A stretch of 64,000 nucleotides of DNA from a virus. Both the position numbers and the translations under genes were made by a program. Numbering within the stretch: the first letter of the stretch is position 1; each line of letters begins with the position of its first letter. The notes beneath the pieces were generated by a model. That model searched no databases and was not told the DNA's origin. It saw nothing but the letters and a program-made list of their open reading frames with translations. The stretch lies in the IMG/VR virus record IMGVR_UViG_3300001685_000001. The stretch is one strand, 5' to 3'. This document shows positions 1 to 8,882 of this stretch, in pieces.

Positions 1-1216
1 TAATTGGCACTTGCGAAATATCAATTGATTTCTTGAATACTTTACCACTACCTAATGTAGTTGGTGATTGTTCGATAAATGCTATAGTTCCAATTTCAGA
101 TGTAACATCTAATTCAAGTGGTTTATCCATGCCATGATTGATAAAGCTTTGTTCTGATTGGGATGATATTGTAGTTAATTTTGAAGATATACTTTCATAC
201 ATTTCTATTTCTGCAATTCTTAAATAAGTTCCACCTTTTACATCAGACACATCTAATTTGTAGCTTGTAAAAGAATTATTGTATTTATAATCAACAATAA
301 ATTCATTGGGACTACCATACACCCATCCAGTAGTTACATTACTTCTAACATCTAGGTCAGTCCAATTTATACCATCGTTTGAACCACGCAAAATCCAATC
401 TGTTGGAGACCAAGTAGCAGGGTTTTGAACTGGGAATATTGAATACTTTTTAATTTTCTTCCCTACTGGAAAAGTATAAGAAATGAATCCTGTTTTTAAA
501 TATTTACCTTCTATCCATACATCAGTTTTATTTCCATTAAAAGCTTTCCATGCTTCATTTCCACTCAACTCATTACTGGCACTAGCTATACCAGAAGGTG
601 AATTATTGCTTGTCATAACAGGTATTAAATTATCTGTATACCCACCTTTTTTAATACTTAACGCTTCTCCATTTGAAGATGAAATCAAGATTTTATTGAA
701 TCCTTCATATAATCTAAACCCTTGAGGAATATTATATTTAAATGGGGTTGCACCAAAATTAGCGGTTGCTTTACCAATAGCACCTCCACTAGTTATTGAA
801 GGAAAAACTTTACCCATAGTTTTAATATCAGAAAAGGCAATACCTTGACTAATCCCATTTTTATAGAATTCTAATTTGCCATTATCTAAATCTAAAGCTA
901 CACCAATAACATCTCCAACTGTATATGTAGCACCATATGTTGAAGTAGGATAATATCTGTTGCCATTTTGAGAATAATAATATCTTGAATTTAAGGTATC
1001 AAAAGTTCTCGAATCAAGTCCTGCATCTTTATTTATTATTCCTATTAAAAAATACCCACCAGAGACAATATTTATCTCCCAATACCATTTACCACTTTCT
1101 CTGCCAATTGTAGTCCTTGCTGTAGTTGTATTTGATGATATTTCGGTTGTCAGATTCCCATTTGACAACACTACGTTTACCCCTTTATTGATAGCATCCC
1201 ATGTAACCAATGTCAT
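1..1216 (-). CDS. SPRY/ConA + discoidin (F5/8C-like) tail fibre/receptor-binding paralogue; 3' end runs off the window
   Basis: Not in the ORF track. Translated by hand from ATG at 1216 (RBS AGGAGAG): MTLVTWDAINKG...GKWYWEI...GVALDLDNGKLEFYKNG...NLIPVMTSN...QSEQSFINHGM...TLGSGKVFKKSID. Open to position 2; paralogous to 1256-2530. Confidence 0.8.
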   Translation of the reverse strand, partial: MTLVTWDAINKGVNVVLSNGNLTTEISSNTTTARTTIGRESGKWYWEINIVSGGYFLIGIINKDAGLDSRTFDTLNSRYYYSQNGNRYYPTSTYGATYTVGDVIGVALDLDNGKLEFYKNGISQGIAFSDIKTMGKVFPSITSGGAIGKATANFGATPFKYNIPQGFRLYEGFNKILISSSNGEALSIKKGGYTDNLIPVMTSNNSPSGIASASNELSGNEAWKAFNGNKTDVWIEGKYLKTGFISYTFPVGKKIKKYSIFPVQNPATWSPTDWILRGSNDGINWTDLDVRSNVTTGWVYGSPNEFIVDYKYNNSFTSYKLDVSDVKGGTYLRIAEIEMYESISSKLTTISSQSEQSFINHGMDKPLELDVTSEIGTIAFIEQSPTTLGSGKVFKKSIDISQVPI

Positions 1217-1255
1217 TCTCTCACTCTCCTATCTTTATAAAACTAAATAAAATAC

Positions 1256-2530
1256 TCACTTTAATGAGATTTTCTTTAATACTTTATTAACATCTAATGT
1301 ATGTTCAAATACTTTTCCAGTTCCTAATATAGTAGATGTATCTTGAATGTAATGTTTTTCTGTGAAGTCCACATACATATCTACAGATGCTAAGTCTGAT
1401 TGAGACATTCCATGATTGAGAAATGCTTGTTCTGATTGAGATGGGATTTTGATGATTGTATTAATATTTTCGTACATCTCTAATTCCTGTATTGCTAAAT
1501 AACTTGCGTCCCCACTATTTACTGTCACATTAATTCTGTATTTTAAATAGTTTTTATTATTTCTAAATACGAAAGTTTTCTTTACATTATCAGACCACCC
1601 TGTAATTCCTACCTGTGTGTCTAATATTTCCCATAAAGATGTAGTACTATTCCATCCCTCGAATGTCCAGTTTTTAGGACTTCTCAATAGGTATCCCACT
1701 TGTGGATAAATGGAATAAGAAAGTATGGATTTAGGTGATGGAAAATCATATTGTAACCATCCACTAGTAACTCCATTAGTAGACCATGCATTTACCGAAA
1801 CTGCTATATTTCCATCAAAAGCCTTAAAAACTGGTGTCGTAGAATAAAAACTACTTGCACTAGCTGTCCCATTGGGTAAAATGTTAGATGTCATAATAGG
1901 AATTAAATTGTTTGAGTATCTAATGGGTATCTTTCTAAATTCATTATTTCCAGACGAAAGTAGGATTTTATTTACAATGCCATCATCATTATATGAAAGA
2001 TAACCACTTGGAATTGGATATGCAAAAGGTGTCGCTCCAAAATTAAATGTTAAAGTTAGTGTATTTATGTTGCCACTTTTAAAAAAAGGAAACACTTCAC
2101 CTAAAACACTTAAATCAGTATGTGAAACACCCATGCTAATACCGTTTTTGTAAAACTCTAATTTTCCATTGTCTAAATCTACACCTACACCAATAATATT
2201 ACCAACAACTACAGATGTTCCATATGTTGTGTTTTCTGGAAATTTATTACCACTATTACCTTGATATAACCTTAGATTTTGTGAATCGCCACTTACTCCA
2301 CTAAAACCTGTAGCTGTAATTGGGTATAGTTTATTTGCAATACCAATAAAGAACGTGGTTGCTCCACTATCAAATTTTACCTCCCAATACCATTTACCCT
2401 TCGTTTTACCATGTGTTGCACGAATATTACCACTAGTACTTACTGTAGAAGTTAATGTTAAATTTCCATTGGTTAGTGCTATTGCTCCATTCATATCACT
2501 TGAATTGAGGGTTACAAGTTGTTTACCCAT
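1256..2530 (-). CDS. SPRY + discoidin tail fibre/receptor-binding paralogue
   Basis: SPRY motifs GKWYWEV and GVDLDNGKLEFYKNG; discoidin motifs GWLQYDF and SPKNWTFEG. Start moved to ATG 2530 after RBS AAGGAGA. Confidence 0.8.
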   Translation of the reverse strand: MGKQLVTLNSSDMNGAIALTNGNLTLTSTVSTSGNIRATHGKTKGKWYWEVKFDSGATTFFIGIANKLYPITATGFSGVSGDSQNLRLYQGNSGNKFPENTTYGTSVVVGNIIGVGVDLDNGKLEFYKNGISMGVSHTDLSVLGEVFPFFKSGNINTLTLTFNFGATPFAYPIPSGYLSYNDDGIVNKILLSSGNNEFRKIPIRYSNNLIPIMTSNILPNGTASASSFYSTTPVFKAFDGNIAVSVNAWSTNGVTSGWLQYDFPSPKSILSYSIYPQVGYLLRSPKNWTFEGWNSTTSLWEILDTQVGITGWSDNVKKTFVFRNNKNYLKYRINVTVNSGDASYLAIQELEMYENINTIIKIPSQSEQAFLNHGMSQSDLASVDMYVDFTEKHYIQDTSTILGTGKVFEHTLDVNKVLKKISLK

Positions 2531-2584
2531 AAATCCATCTCCTTCCTTTATGAAACTAAATAAAGTTCCCATTTTATTTCCATT

Positions 2585-2613
2585 AAAAAAGAAGTAGCCA
2601 TATAGACTACTTC
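2585..2613 (-). terminator. Intrinsic terminator
   Basis: GAAGTAG-N9-CTACTTC followed by T6 on the minus strand. Confidence 0.7.
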
Positions 2614-3971
2614 ACTTCTAGTTTTCTTAAATCAAATATCTTCTTCAAATCTACTGATGATTTGTATACTTTACCTGCACCTAATACTTCACTAGTCATA
2701 CCTTTTGGACTTTCTAATACCTTTTGAACTTTACGGTCAAAGATAGATAAGTCATCCATACCTTCTGTTTGGAATTGAGGTAAAGTTGGAAGAGTAGGTG
2801 ATACTGTTTTGAATGATGGAGGTATTGCAGGAGTTGGAGTTTCGAACATTGATAGTTCTCCTATCGCTAAATATGAACCACCGTTATGCAATGACACGTT
2901 TATTCTATAGTATAAATATGTTTTTACATTATTAATATCAAATGTCTTAGTTTGAGAAAGTATCCATCCTGTAATATTCGATTGTGTATCTAAAACATCA
3001 AATAAAATTCCGTCATTTGAACCTTCGAATGTCCAAGACTTAGGATACATGGTTTCTGTTCCTGCTATTGTAGAGCTAGAAACTGAATATTTTACAATCT
3101 TTTTAGGTAATGTAAATTGATACATTAGCCAACCAACAATACCTACTGGTTGCCAAATCGTATCATAACTACCATCAAACGCTTTATACATGCCATATAG
3201 CTCACTACGCTCCGTTGAAGCTGTTACAGTTCCACTAGGGGTAGTTTTACTTGTCATCACTGGTATTGCACTATTGGTGATTGCAGGACTTCCTTGACTC
3301 AACTTCTTATACCCATCACTCAATAAAATGAACGATTTATTTAGTAGTGTGAATAGAGATTCTATTTCTAAAACTGGTCTGAAAGCTCTAGTTGCGTCTG
3401 ACGTTACCACATTACTAGACGAGGTGCTTGTTGAACCTCTAATAATTCGTTTTGTAGAATCTGTTGAAAGTGTCGTACTTGTCCATGAATATATTCCAAA
3501 GTTCCATACATTATTATCTCCTGCTGTAATCGTTCCACCAAGAGTAGAGCCAACAATATATTTATCCCATTCATTATCTTTGTCTGTTGAAACTGTTCCA
3601 CCTGTTAATAGGCGAGTAGCAAATGTATGTTTCAATCCTGTACCATCACTAATTTCGGGTAACATATTTGGTAGTCCACTACCACTTGCGATTCCACGAC
3701 TATTCAGAACATCCAAACTTAAACTGTGTTGGATATTTCTGTCAGCTAAAAGTATCTTCTTACCATTCCAATCTTCAACCATAATGAATCTGAAATATCC
3801 ATTAGGAGTGGCACTTGATGCTACTGGAATCACAGGAATTGCTTCTGCATCAGTCTTAGTTGCTATATCTGAAAATACACCAACTGTGTTAGCTGTTGCA
3901 ACTGTATATTTACACCAAAAGTAATCTCCAACTTTTAGTTTAGATAGATTATTATTTAAAGTTAAAGCCAT
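2607..3971 (-). CDS. Tail fibre paralogue: CLec-like N-domain + discoidin + shared C-terminal motif
   Basis: N-half (RLLTGG...NEWDKY...WT...FRPVLE) is homologous to 4040-4675; has a discoidin domain; C-terminal LGAGKVYK motif is shared with neighbours. Confidence 0.75.
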   Translation of the reverse strand: MALTLNNNLSKLKVGDYFWCKYTVATANTVGVFSDIATKTDAEAIPVIPVASSATPNGYFRFIMVEDWNGKKILLADRNIQHSLSLDVLNSRGIASGSGLPNMLPEISDGTGLKHTFATRLLTGGTVSTDKDNEWDKYIVGSTLGGTITAGDNNVWNFGIYSWTSTTLSTDSTKRIIRGSTSTSSSNVVTSDATRAFRPVLEIESLFTLLNKSFILLSDGYKKLSQGSPAITNSAIPVMTSKTTPSGTVTASTERSELYGMYKAFDGSYDTIWQPVGIVGWLMYQFTLPKKIVKYSVSSSTIAGTETMYPKSWTFEGSNDGILFDVLDTQSNITGWILSQTKTFDINNVKTYLYYRINVSLHNGGSYLAIGELSMFETPTPAIPPSFKTVSPTLPTLPQFQTEGMDDLSIFDRKVQKVLESPKGMTSEVLGAGKVYKSSVDLKKIFDLRKLEVK

Positions 3972-4039
3972 TAAAACATCTCCTTTCTTTTGAATCTATA
4001 GTCAATAAATTTGACATTTTATCTTTATTTAATTATTAT

Positions 4040-4675
4040 TTATGCTTCTTGATATTCGAAGACTGGACGAAATCCATAAGCTCCACTAGTAGTACTTGAT
4101 AATGCAAAAGCTATTTTACCAGTAGTACTAGTTCTTACCCTTTGCGTACTTGGTGCTAAAGCTAAATTAGGGGTATCTTGTGTCCAAGTGCCACTGTTAG
4201 TATAATGAAACACATCGTCTACTGTCTTCCCACTCTGAATCTTATCAGCAGGGAATTTAACAATATATTTATCCCATTCATTATTAGTAGGAAATGCACC
4301 AAATCCTAAATCTGTAGTTGAACTATTTCCATTAGCATCTACATAGGCTACTCCACCTGTAAGGGAACGTAAGCTTCCAACAATACTATCTATTGTTTTT
4401 GGTGTTCCTTGAATTAATTTATTGGTATTCAAGGTGTCCCAAGTTACTGTATGAACCGCTACCCTGTCAGACATCAACAATCCTTTATCTACTTTGATAA
4501 AATAGAAATAATTGTTAGCTGAACCATTTGCAACTCCTGTCAATGGAAATTCAGTAAGACCATTAACTCCTATAACAAACGTCAATCCTGCTTGATATGA
4601 ACAAGCTATATAATCTCCAATTTGCATATCTGCAATCTTCGTTCTTAAAACTCCTGTTGTTGCAGGAACTCCCAT
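4040..4675 (-). CDS. Virion accessory protein, C-type-lectin-like fold candidate
   Basis: SLTGG...NEWDKYI...WTQDT...GFRPVFE; homologous to the N-domain of 2607-3971. Confidence 0.65.
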   Translation of the reverse strand: MGVPATTGVLRTKIADMQIGDYIACSYQAGLTFVIGVNGLTEFPLTGVANGSANNYFYFIKVDKGLLMSDRVAVHTVTWDTLNTNKLIQGTPKTIDSIVGSLRSLTGGVAYVDANGNSSTTDLGFGAFPTNNEWDKYIVKFPADKIQSGKTVDDVFHYTNSGTWTQDTPNLALAPSTQRVRTSTTGKIAFALSSTTSGAYGFRPVFEYQEA

Positions 4676-4779
4676 ATTTATTCCTCCTTATGATAAATAT
4701 TTGATGATTAACAACCAAATTAACTTATATTTATCAAATTATTATCATTAAAACCAAATAAAATCTATATATTATTGGT

Positions 4780-4929
4780 TTATTTAACTTCGTATTTTGC
4801 TTTCATCACATTTGTTTTGGTATTTGATTCTTCATCGTTATTGCGCTTATTAAATAAGTGTTTCACATATCCAGAGATAGCACGAAACCTAAATAAGCTT
4901 CCACCATTCCTACTTTTGAATAAGCTCAT
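4780..4929 (-). CDS. Hypothetical 49-aa protein
   Basis: Hand-translated MSLFKSRNGGSLFRFRAISGY...KYEVK; starts 1 nt after the upstream stop. Confidence 0.5.
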   Translation of the reverse strand: MSLFKSRNGGSLFRFRAISGYVKHLFNKRNNDEESNTKTNVMKAKYEVK

Positions 4930-4930
4930 A

Positions 4931-5200
4931 TTAATATTCTCCTAAGTACGTATACTGAACATTAGGTGTTACAATAATAAAACTTTTTATTCCACCTTTG
5001 TTATAGTCAAATCCTTGTTCTGTATCTAAAAAGATTGCATCACTGCCATTGATTTTAACGATACAAGGCATCTTATTAATGAAACTAAATTGTTTAAAAG
5101 TGTATCTCTCATCAGTCCAAATAGAAGGGGTTAATGGGATAACCTCATGGTTAGCCTTTGATGTCTCTATTGTTTCCGAGCCTTTAAATCTACCTGACAT
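4931..5200 (-). CDS. Hypothetical virion-associated protein
   Basis: ORF in tail operon with RBS GGAG. Confidence 0.65.
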   Translation of the reverse strand: MSGRFKGSETIETSKANHEVIPLTPSIWTDERYTFKQFSFINKMPCIVKINGSDAIFLDTEQGFDYNKGGIKSFIIVTPNVQYTYLGEY

Positions 5201-5211
5201 TCTATCGTCTC

Positions 5212-5799
5212 CTAATTAATATTTATTTTGTCTAGTCTTAGCCATTCGGCTCTTGTAATAGGCTTTCTGAATAAGTATCCTTCACTAGTCCAAGCCATGT
5301 CTCTATTCATCATCATTTTATAATCACGCTTTAGCTTTAAAGTTCCACCTGAAGTTTCAATGTTATATGAATTGTTAAATAACGCTGAATCGGAAGGATT
5401 ATTGAAATCTGAAAGTGTGAAATTGGTTAATTCATATCCTGCATAGAATATAATTTTAATTTGGATGTATCTTTTTGTTTCTGATTGGATATTTCCTGTT
5501 TCTGTAGTAGAAATATATTCGTCAAATCTAATCCCATCATCAGATGTTCGAGTAAAAACTCCTATTGTATCTGATTTAGTTTGAACCTTGGATAAAACAA
5601 CTCTGTCAAAGTCTTGGAACTTATCAACCAAGTCAATCACTTTCGATTCCCAATATCCTTCATCTGCGTAGATAGACTCTCCTAAATCTGTGATTGCTGT
5701 TTTAGTCAGTTTAATAGCACCATCAACATACTCGGAGTTAGAATATGTTCCTAACCCAATTCCCAGTGCAATACCTATTTCTTTTGTTTCTGTAGCCAT
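5212..5799 (-). CDS. Virion structural protein (tail/baseplate)
   Basis: Operon context; C-terminus resembles that of the fibre paralogues. Confidence 0.65.
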   Translation of the reverse strand: MATETKEIGIALGIGLGTYSNSEYVDGAIKLTKTAITDLGESIYADEGYWESKVIDLVDKFQDFDRVVLSKVQTKSDTIGVFTRTSDDGIRFDEYISTTETGNIQSETKRYIQIKIIFYAGYELTNFTLSDFNNPSDSALFNNSYNIETSGGTLKLKRDYKMMMNRDMAWTSEGYLFRKPITRAEWLRLDKININ

Positions 5800-5810
5800 T
5801 TAGTCACCAC

Positions 5811-6419
5811 CTAATATTTAATTGTCCAATTGATTTGTCCTGATAAGCTTTGTACCAAAGGAGTTTGGAAACGTTCGACTTCTTTGCCTTTACAATAGAA
5901 TACTAGTTCACCATCTATTGATTTGTTAGATGTTAATTTAATTTCAATAAAAGCAGAGTCAGTAAATGGCAACGACACCACTGGTTGAAAATTTAGTATT
6001 AAATCATCTTTAATATAGACTGTTTTATATCCAAAGTTTATAGAAGTTGTATTTGTACGTTGCAACCCTTGTTTGTTACTAAAGTCTGTGTGAGCTTCTT
6101 TATATGTGATAATATCTTTTTGATTTGGATTATTAGTTAAATTATGAATTTGACCATCTTTTTCGTGGAACATGATTTCTAATCTTTTTCCATTTAAGAA
6201 GAAGGAACCATCAATTGCCTCATAAAAAAATTTCATGTTCTGACCGAATAGTCCAAATCTGATAGTGTTTGCTTGATTAATTGAATAAAATTTATTTTCC
6301 TTGTGTGTTTGTAAATCATATTCACTTAAAAAATTCCCATCAAAATAATCAGCTACCCAATTAAACGGTAACTTTATAGATTTTGGTAATATTAATTGAT
6401 TAAAAAACATAGTGTACAC
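5811..6419 (-). CDS. Conserved phage tail-region protein
   Basis: ORF with RBS GAGGTG in tail operon. Confidence 0.65.
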   Translation of the reverse strand: MYTMFFNQLILPKSIKLPFNWVADYFDGNFLSEYDLQTHKENKFYSINQANTIRFGLFGQNMKFFYEAIDGSFFLNGKRLEIMFHEKDGQIHNLTNNPNQKDIITYKEAHTDFSNKQGLQRTNTTSINFGYKTVYIKDDLILNFQPVVSLPFTDSAFIEIKLTSNKSIDGELVFYCKGKEVERFQTPLVQSLSGQINWTIKY

Positions 6420-6444
6420 CTCATTGTATTGAGTATTTTAATAT

Positions 6445-6474
6445 AAAAAAGAGCAGTCAAAATAATGACTACTC
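6445..6474 (-). terminator. Intrinsic terminator
   Basis: GAGTAGTCA-N6-TGACTGCTC followed by T6. Confidence 0.65.
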
Positions 6475-6496
6475 CTAATTGTTGTTTATCTAGTTA

Positions 6497-7216
6497 TTAA
6501 ACGTAGCGGAAAGAAACACGTTGTAGCAATAGGTTTTTACCTGAACTAGCATCAATTGGAACATCTGCAAATACTGTTAGTTTTACAAAGTTTCCACCTG
6601 AGTTAGCTGCATTTGCGCCAGTGTCTAATACGCTGTTTGCTACACCAAGAATTTCTTGTGCAGCAGGTTTTTTATTAATTGTGATTGCAGTGTATTGCAC
6701 TGTACCATCTGTTACAACGTTTCCTTCAGTTGTTGAAGACGGGGCTGTTGCACCAGTAGTTCCTGCAAATGTAACCTTATAAATCATACCGTTGTCTACT
6801 ACAGGTTTTACATAGTCTCCAACCACATAGGGTACACCAGAAGCCCAAGTAGAGGCTGTTGCTGCTTTCGGATTAATTGTTGTTCCATTTGTTCCTACAG
6901 GTTTTACAGCGACTTTACCTACAGGAGTGAAAGCTGATTCATTTAATGAGTCCACACGAACTTGGAACCAGTTGTTTTTTACTGCCTCAACAATGTTTGG
7001 TTGTGTATCTCCTGTACCGCCAGCTCTATCACGAGTCGTGAATGTTACTTCTTCCATTTTAGAAACATCTTCTAAACTATTGCGGTTGTTCCAAATGTAG
7101 AATGTCTTTTGAGGAGATTCTGTATCGGCATCTACACGACCATAGTCCACCGTACCTTTTACTTCACTTGCTTTTGCGTTATTACCTTCATACCAACTTA
7201 CCAATGGTTCTGCCAT
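6497..7216 (-). CDS. Tail protein with carbohydrate-binding (CBM5/12-like) insert
   Basis: WASGVPYVVGDYV...YKVTFAGTTG...DGTVQY motif. Confidence 0.65.
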   Translation of the reverse strand: MAEPLVSWYEGNNAKASEVKGTVDYGRVDADTESPQKTFYIWNNRNSLEDVSKMEEVTFTTRDRAGGTGDTQPNIVEAVKNNWFQVRVDSLNESAFTPVGKVAVKPVGTNGTTINPKAATASTWASGVPYVVGDYVKPVVDNGMIYKVTFAGTTGATAPSSTTEGNVVTDGTVQYTAITINKKPAAQEILGVANSVLDTGANAANSGGNFVKLTVFADVPIDASSGKNLLLQRVSFRYV

Positions 7217-7232
7217 TATTAAATTCCTCCAA

Positions 7233-8375
7233 TTATATTAATTTAATTTTGATGCTTAATGTCAGATTGGAAACATCTCCTGAGAAGGGGACGTACAATC
7301 TAAAAATGTCACCTGCTAAAACCGACTTATCGGAAATAACATGTGACATATTATCGAAATATTCATTTGTATTTATTTGAACTGGAACTGAAGTAATAGC
7401 CCTCCAGTCAACCATATTGTTACTTTTTTCAACTCTTATGCTAGTGGGGGATGAACCTCCAATAGAGACAAAAGCTTTTATATCTTCTATTTCACCATCA
7501 AATGGAAATGCAACGTGTGGATTTTGAATACCAGAAAGAACTTCTTCTGGAATTACAAATACAATTGCACGAGTGTCCACGTTATTAGTTATGGCATCCA
7601 ACTTAGTGAATAATTCTTTAGATAGTAGACCATCAATTACTTTACTTGCTAGTGGAATATTACCACCAAAAGCATCAATTGGAATCCAATCTTGACCATT
7701 GAATCTATATCTAACTCCTGTATCAAACACTTGAACAGTCCATCCGACTAGCGGATACGGATAAGTAGTTCTCACATCTTCTTCAGTCATTACAAAAGGT
7801 TGATAGGTTAAGACTGTAGTTTTATAAGCATCTTGCACTAACTCTGTAGCTGTATTTGCTTTTTGAGCTGCTATGACCGCTCTATCAGATGCTTCGTTTG
7901 TAATGTTTGTCGCAATAACCATTCTTGCCATTACTTCTTCAAAATCTTCAGTTTCATCTATTAAATGAATAATTTGTATTTTTGTTTTTTCAATTAAATC
8001 GTGAAGCGTTTCTGCTGGGTTAGTGCCATCAGAATGCACTATGCGAGACGTAGGGTATAATATTAAGCCCCTACCTTTATATACTATTGAAATAGTTAGA
8101 GCCTCTTTAGATATATTAAAATAAACAAATCCATTCGAGTAATCTACATAGTATTCATCTGTAGCTAGGTTGCTTTTAATAAATTTTTCATAGTTTATTT
8201 CTTGCATGTTAGCAATTCTAACTCTGTATAATTCGTCTGGTATTTCTAATAGGGCAATTCTTTGATTAACTACTTTTGTAATATCCAACCTATCTACAAA
8301 AGGGTCATCAGCAGTACCTTTCCTCCAGATAATTTGGATGGGATTGTTAAATTCCAAATACGTGTTTTGTGACAT
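7233..8375 (-). CDS. Tail fibre/baseplate structural protein
   Basis: Operon context; helical middle; YP.P..GWTVQV...YRF.G..W motif. Confidence 0.6.
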   Translation of the reverse strand: MSQNTYLEFNNPIQIIWRKGTADDPFVDRLDITKVVNQRIALLEIPDELYRVRIANMQEINYEKFIKSNLATDEYYVDYSNGFVYFNISKEALTISIVYKGRGLILYPTSRIVHSDGTNPAETLHDLIEKTKIQIIHLIDETEDFEEVMARMVIATNITNEASDRAVIAAQKANTATELVQDAYKTTVLTYQPFVMTEEDVRTTYPYPLVGWTVQVFDTGVRYRFNGQDWIPIDAFGGNIPLASKVIDGLLSKELFTKLDAITNNVDTRAIVFVIPEEVLSGIQNPHVAFPFDGEIEDIKAFVSIGGSSPTSIRVEKSNNMVDWRAITSVPVQINTNEYFDNMSHVISDKSVLAGDIFRLYVPFSGDVSNLTLSIKIKLI

Positions 8376-8392
8376 CTTTTCACCTCGATTCT

Positions 8393-8872
8393 TTAACTAA
8401 TGTTAACTGTAGTGCTCAATCCACCACTTACGGTGGAAGATGTTCCTGCATGTGTTGTAACACTACCACCAGAAAGAACAGCTAGTTTACCATTCACAAA
8501 TACATTTTTTGTATTTCCAACTATTACACTTCCACTTGCGCTACTGTGAGCGCCACTAACATATTTACCACCGCTAGGAAGAGAATAGGTGTCAGTTTCA
8601 GTTGTTTTATCACCAACAACGATGGGTGATTTTCCTTGAATCTTTACATTGGTGACAGTTGCTGCTATTGTTCCGTTGATGGTGGCGCTAGTTGTGTAGG
8701 GTACGTCCTGTCTAATAGGATTTCCACCTCCCCAACTATTGCAATATCCATCATCATCCCACCCATTGCAATATTCTGGAGTGTATCCAACTATCTCATT
8801 TACTGTGTAATTAATGTGATTGGACGCAGAAGTTTGTGAAATTGTTGCCCCTGATAATGCTATTTTTGCCAT
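8393..8872 (-). CDS. PAAR-like spike-tip protein
   Basis: NVKIQGKSPIVVGD and NVFVNGKLAVLSGGSVTTH repeats; lies directly after a gp5-like C-terminus. Confidence 0.6.
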   Translation of the reverse strand: MAKIALSGATISQTSASNHINYTVNEIVGYTPEYCNGWDDDGYCNSWGGGNPIRQDVPYTTSATINGTIAATVTNVKIQGKSPIVVGDKTTETDTYSLPSGGKYVSGAHSSASGSVIVGNTKNVFVNGKLAVLSGGSVTTHAGTSSTVSGGLSTTVNIS

Positions 8873-8882
8873 TTTCTCACCT

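Noticed and set aside
4040-4675. Active diversity-generating retroelement target
   Set aside because: No RT, accessory gene or adenine-mismatched template repeat seen in this window
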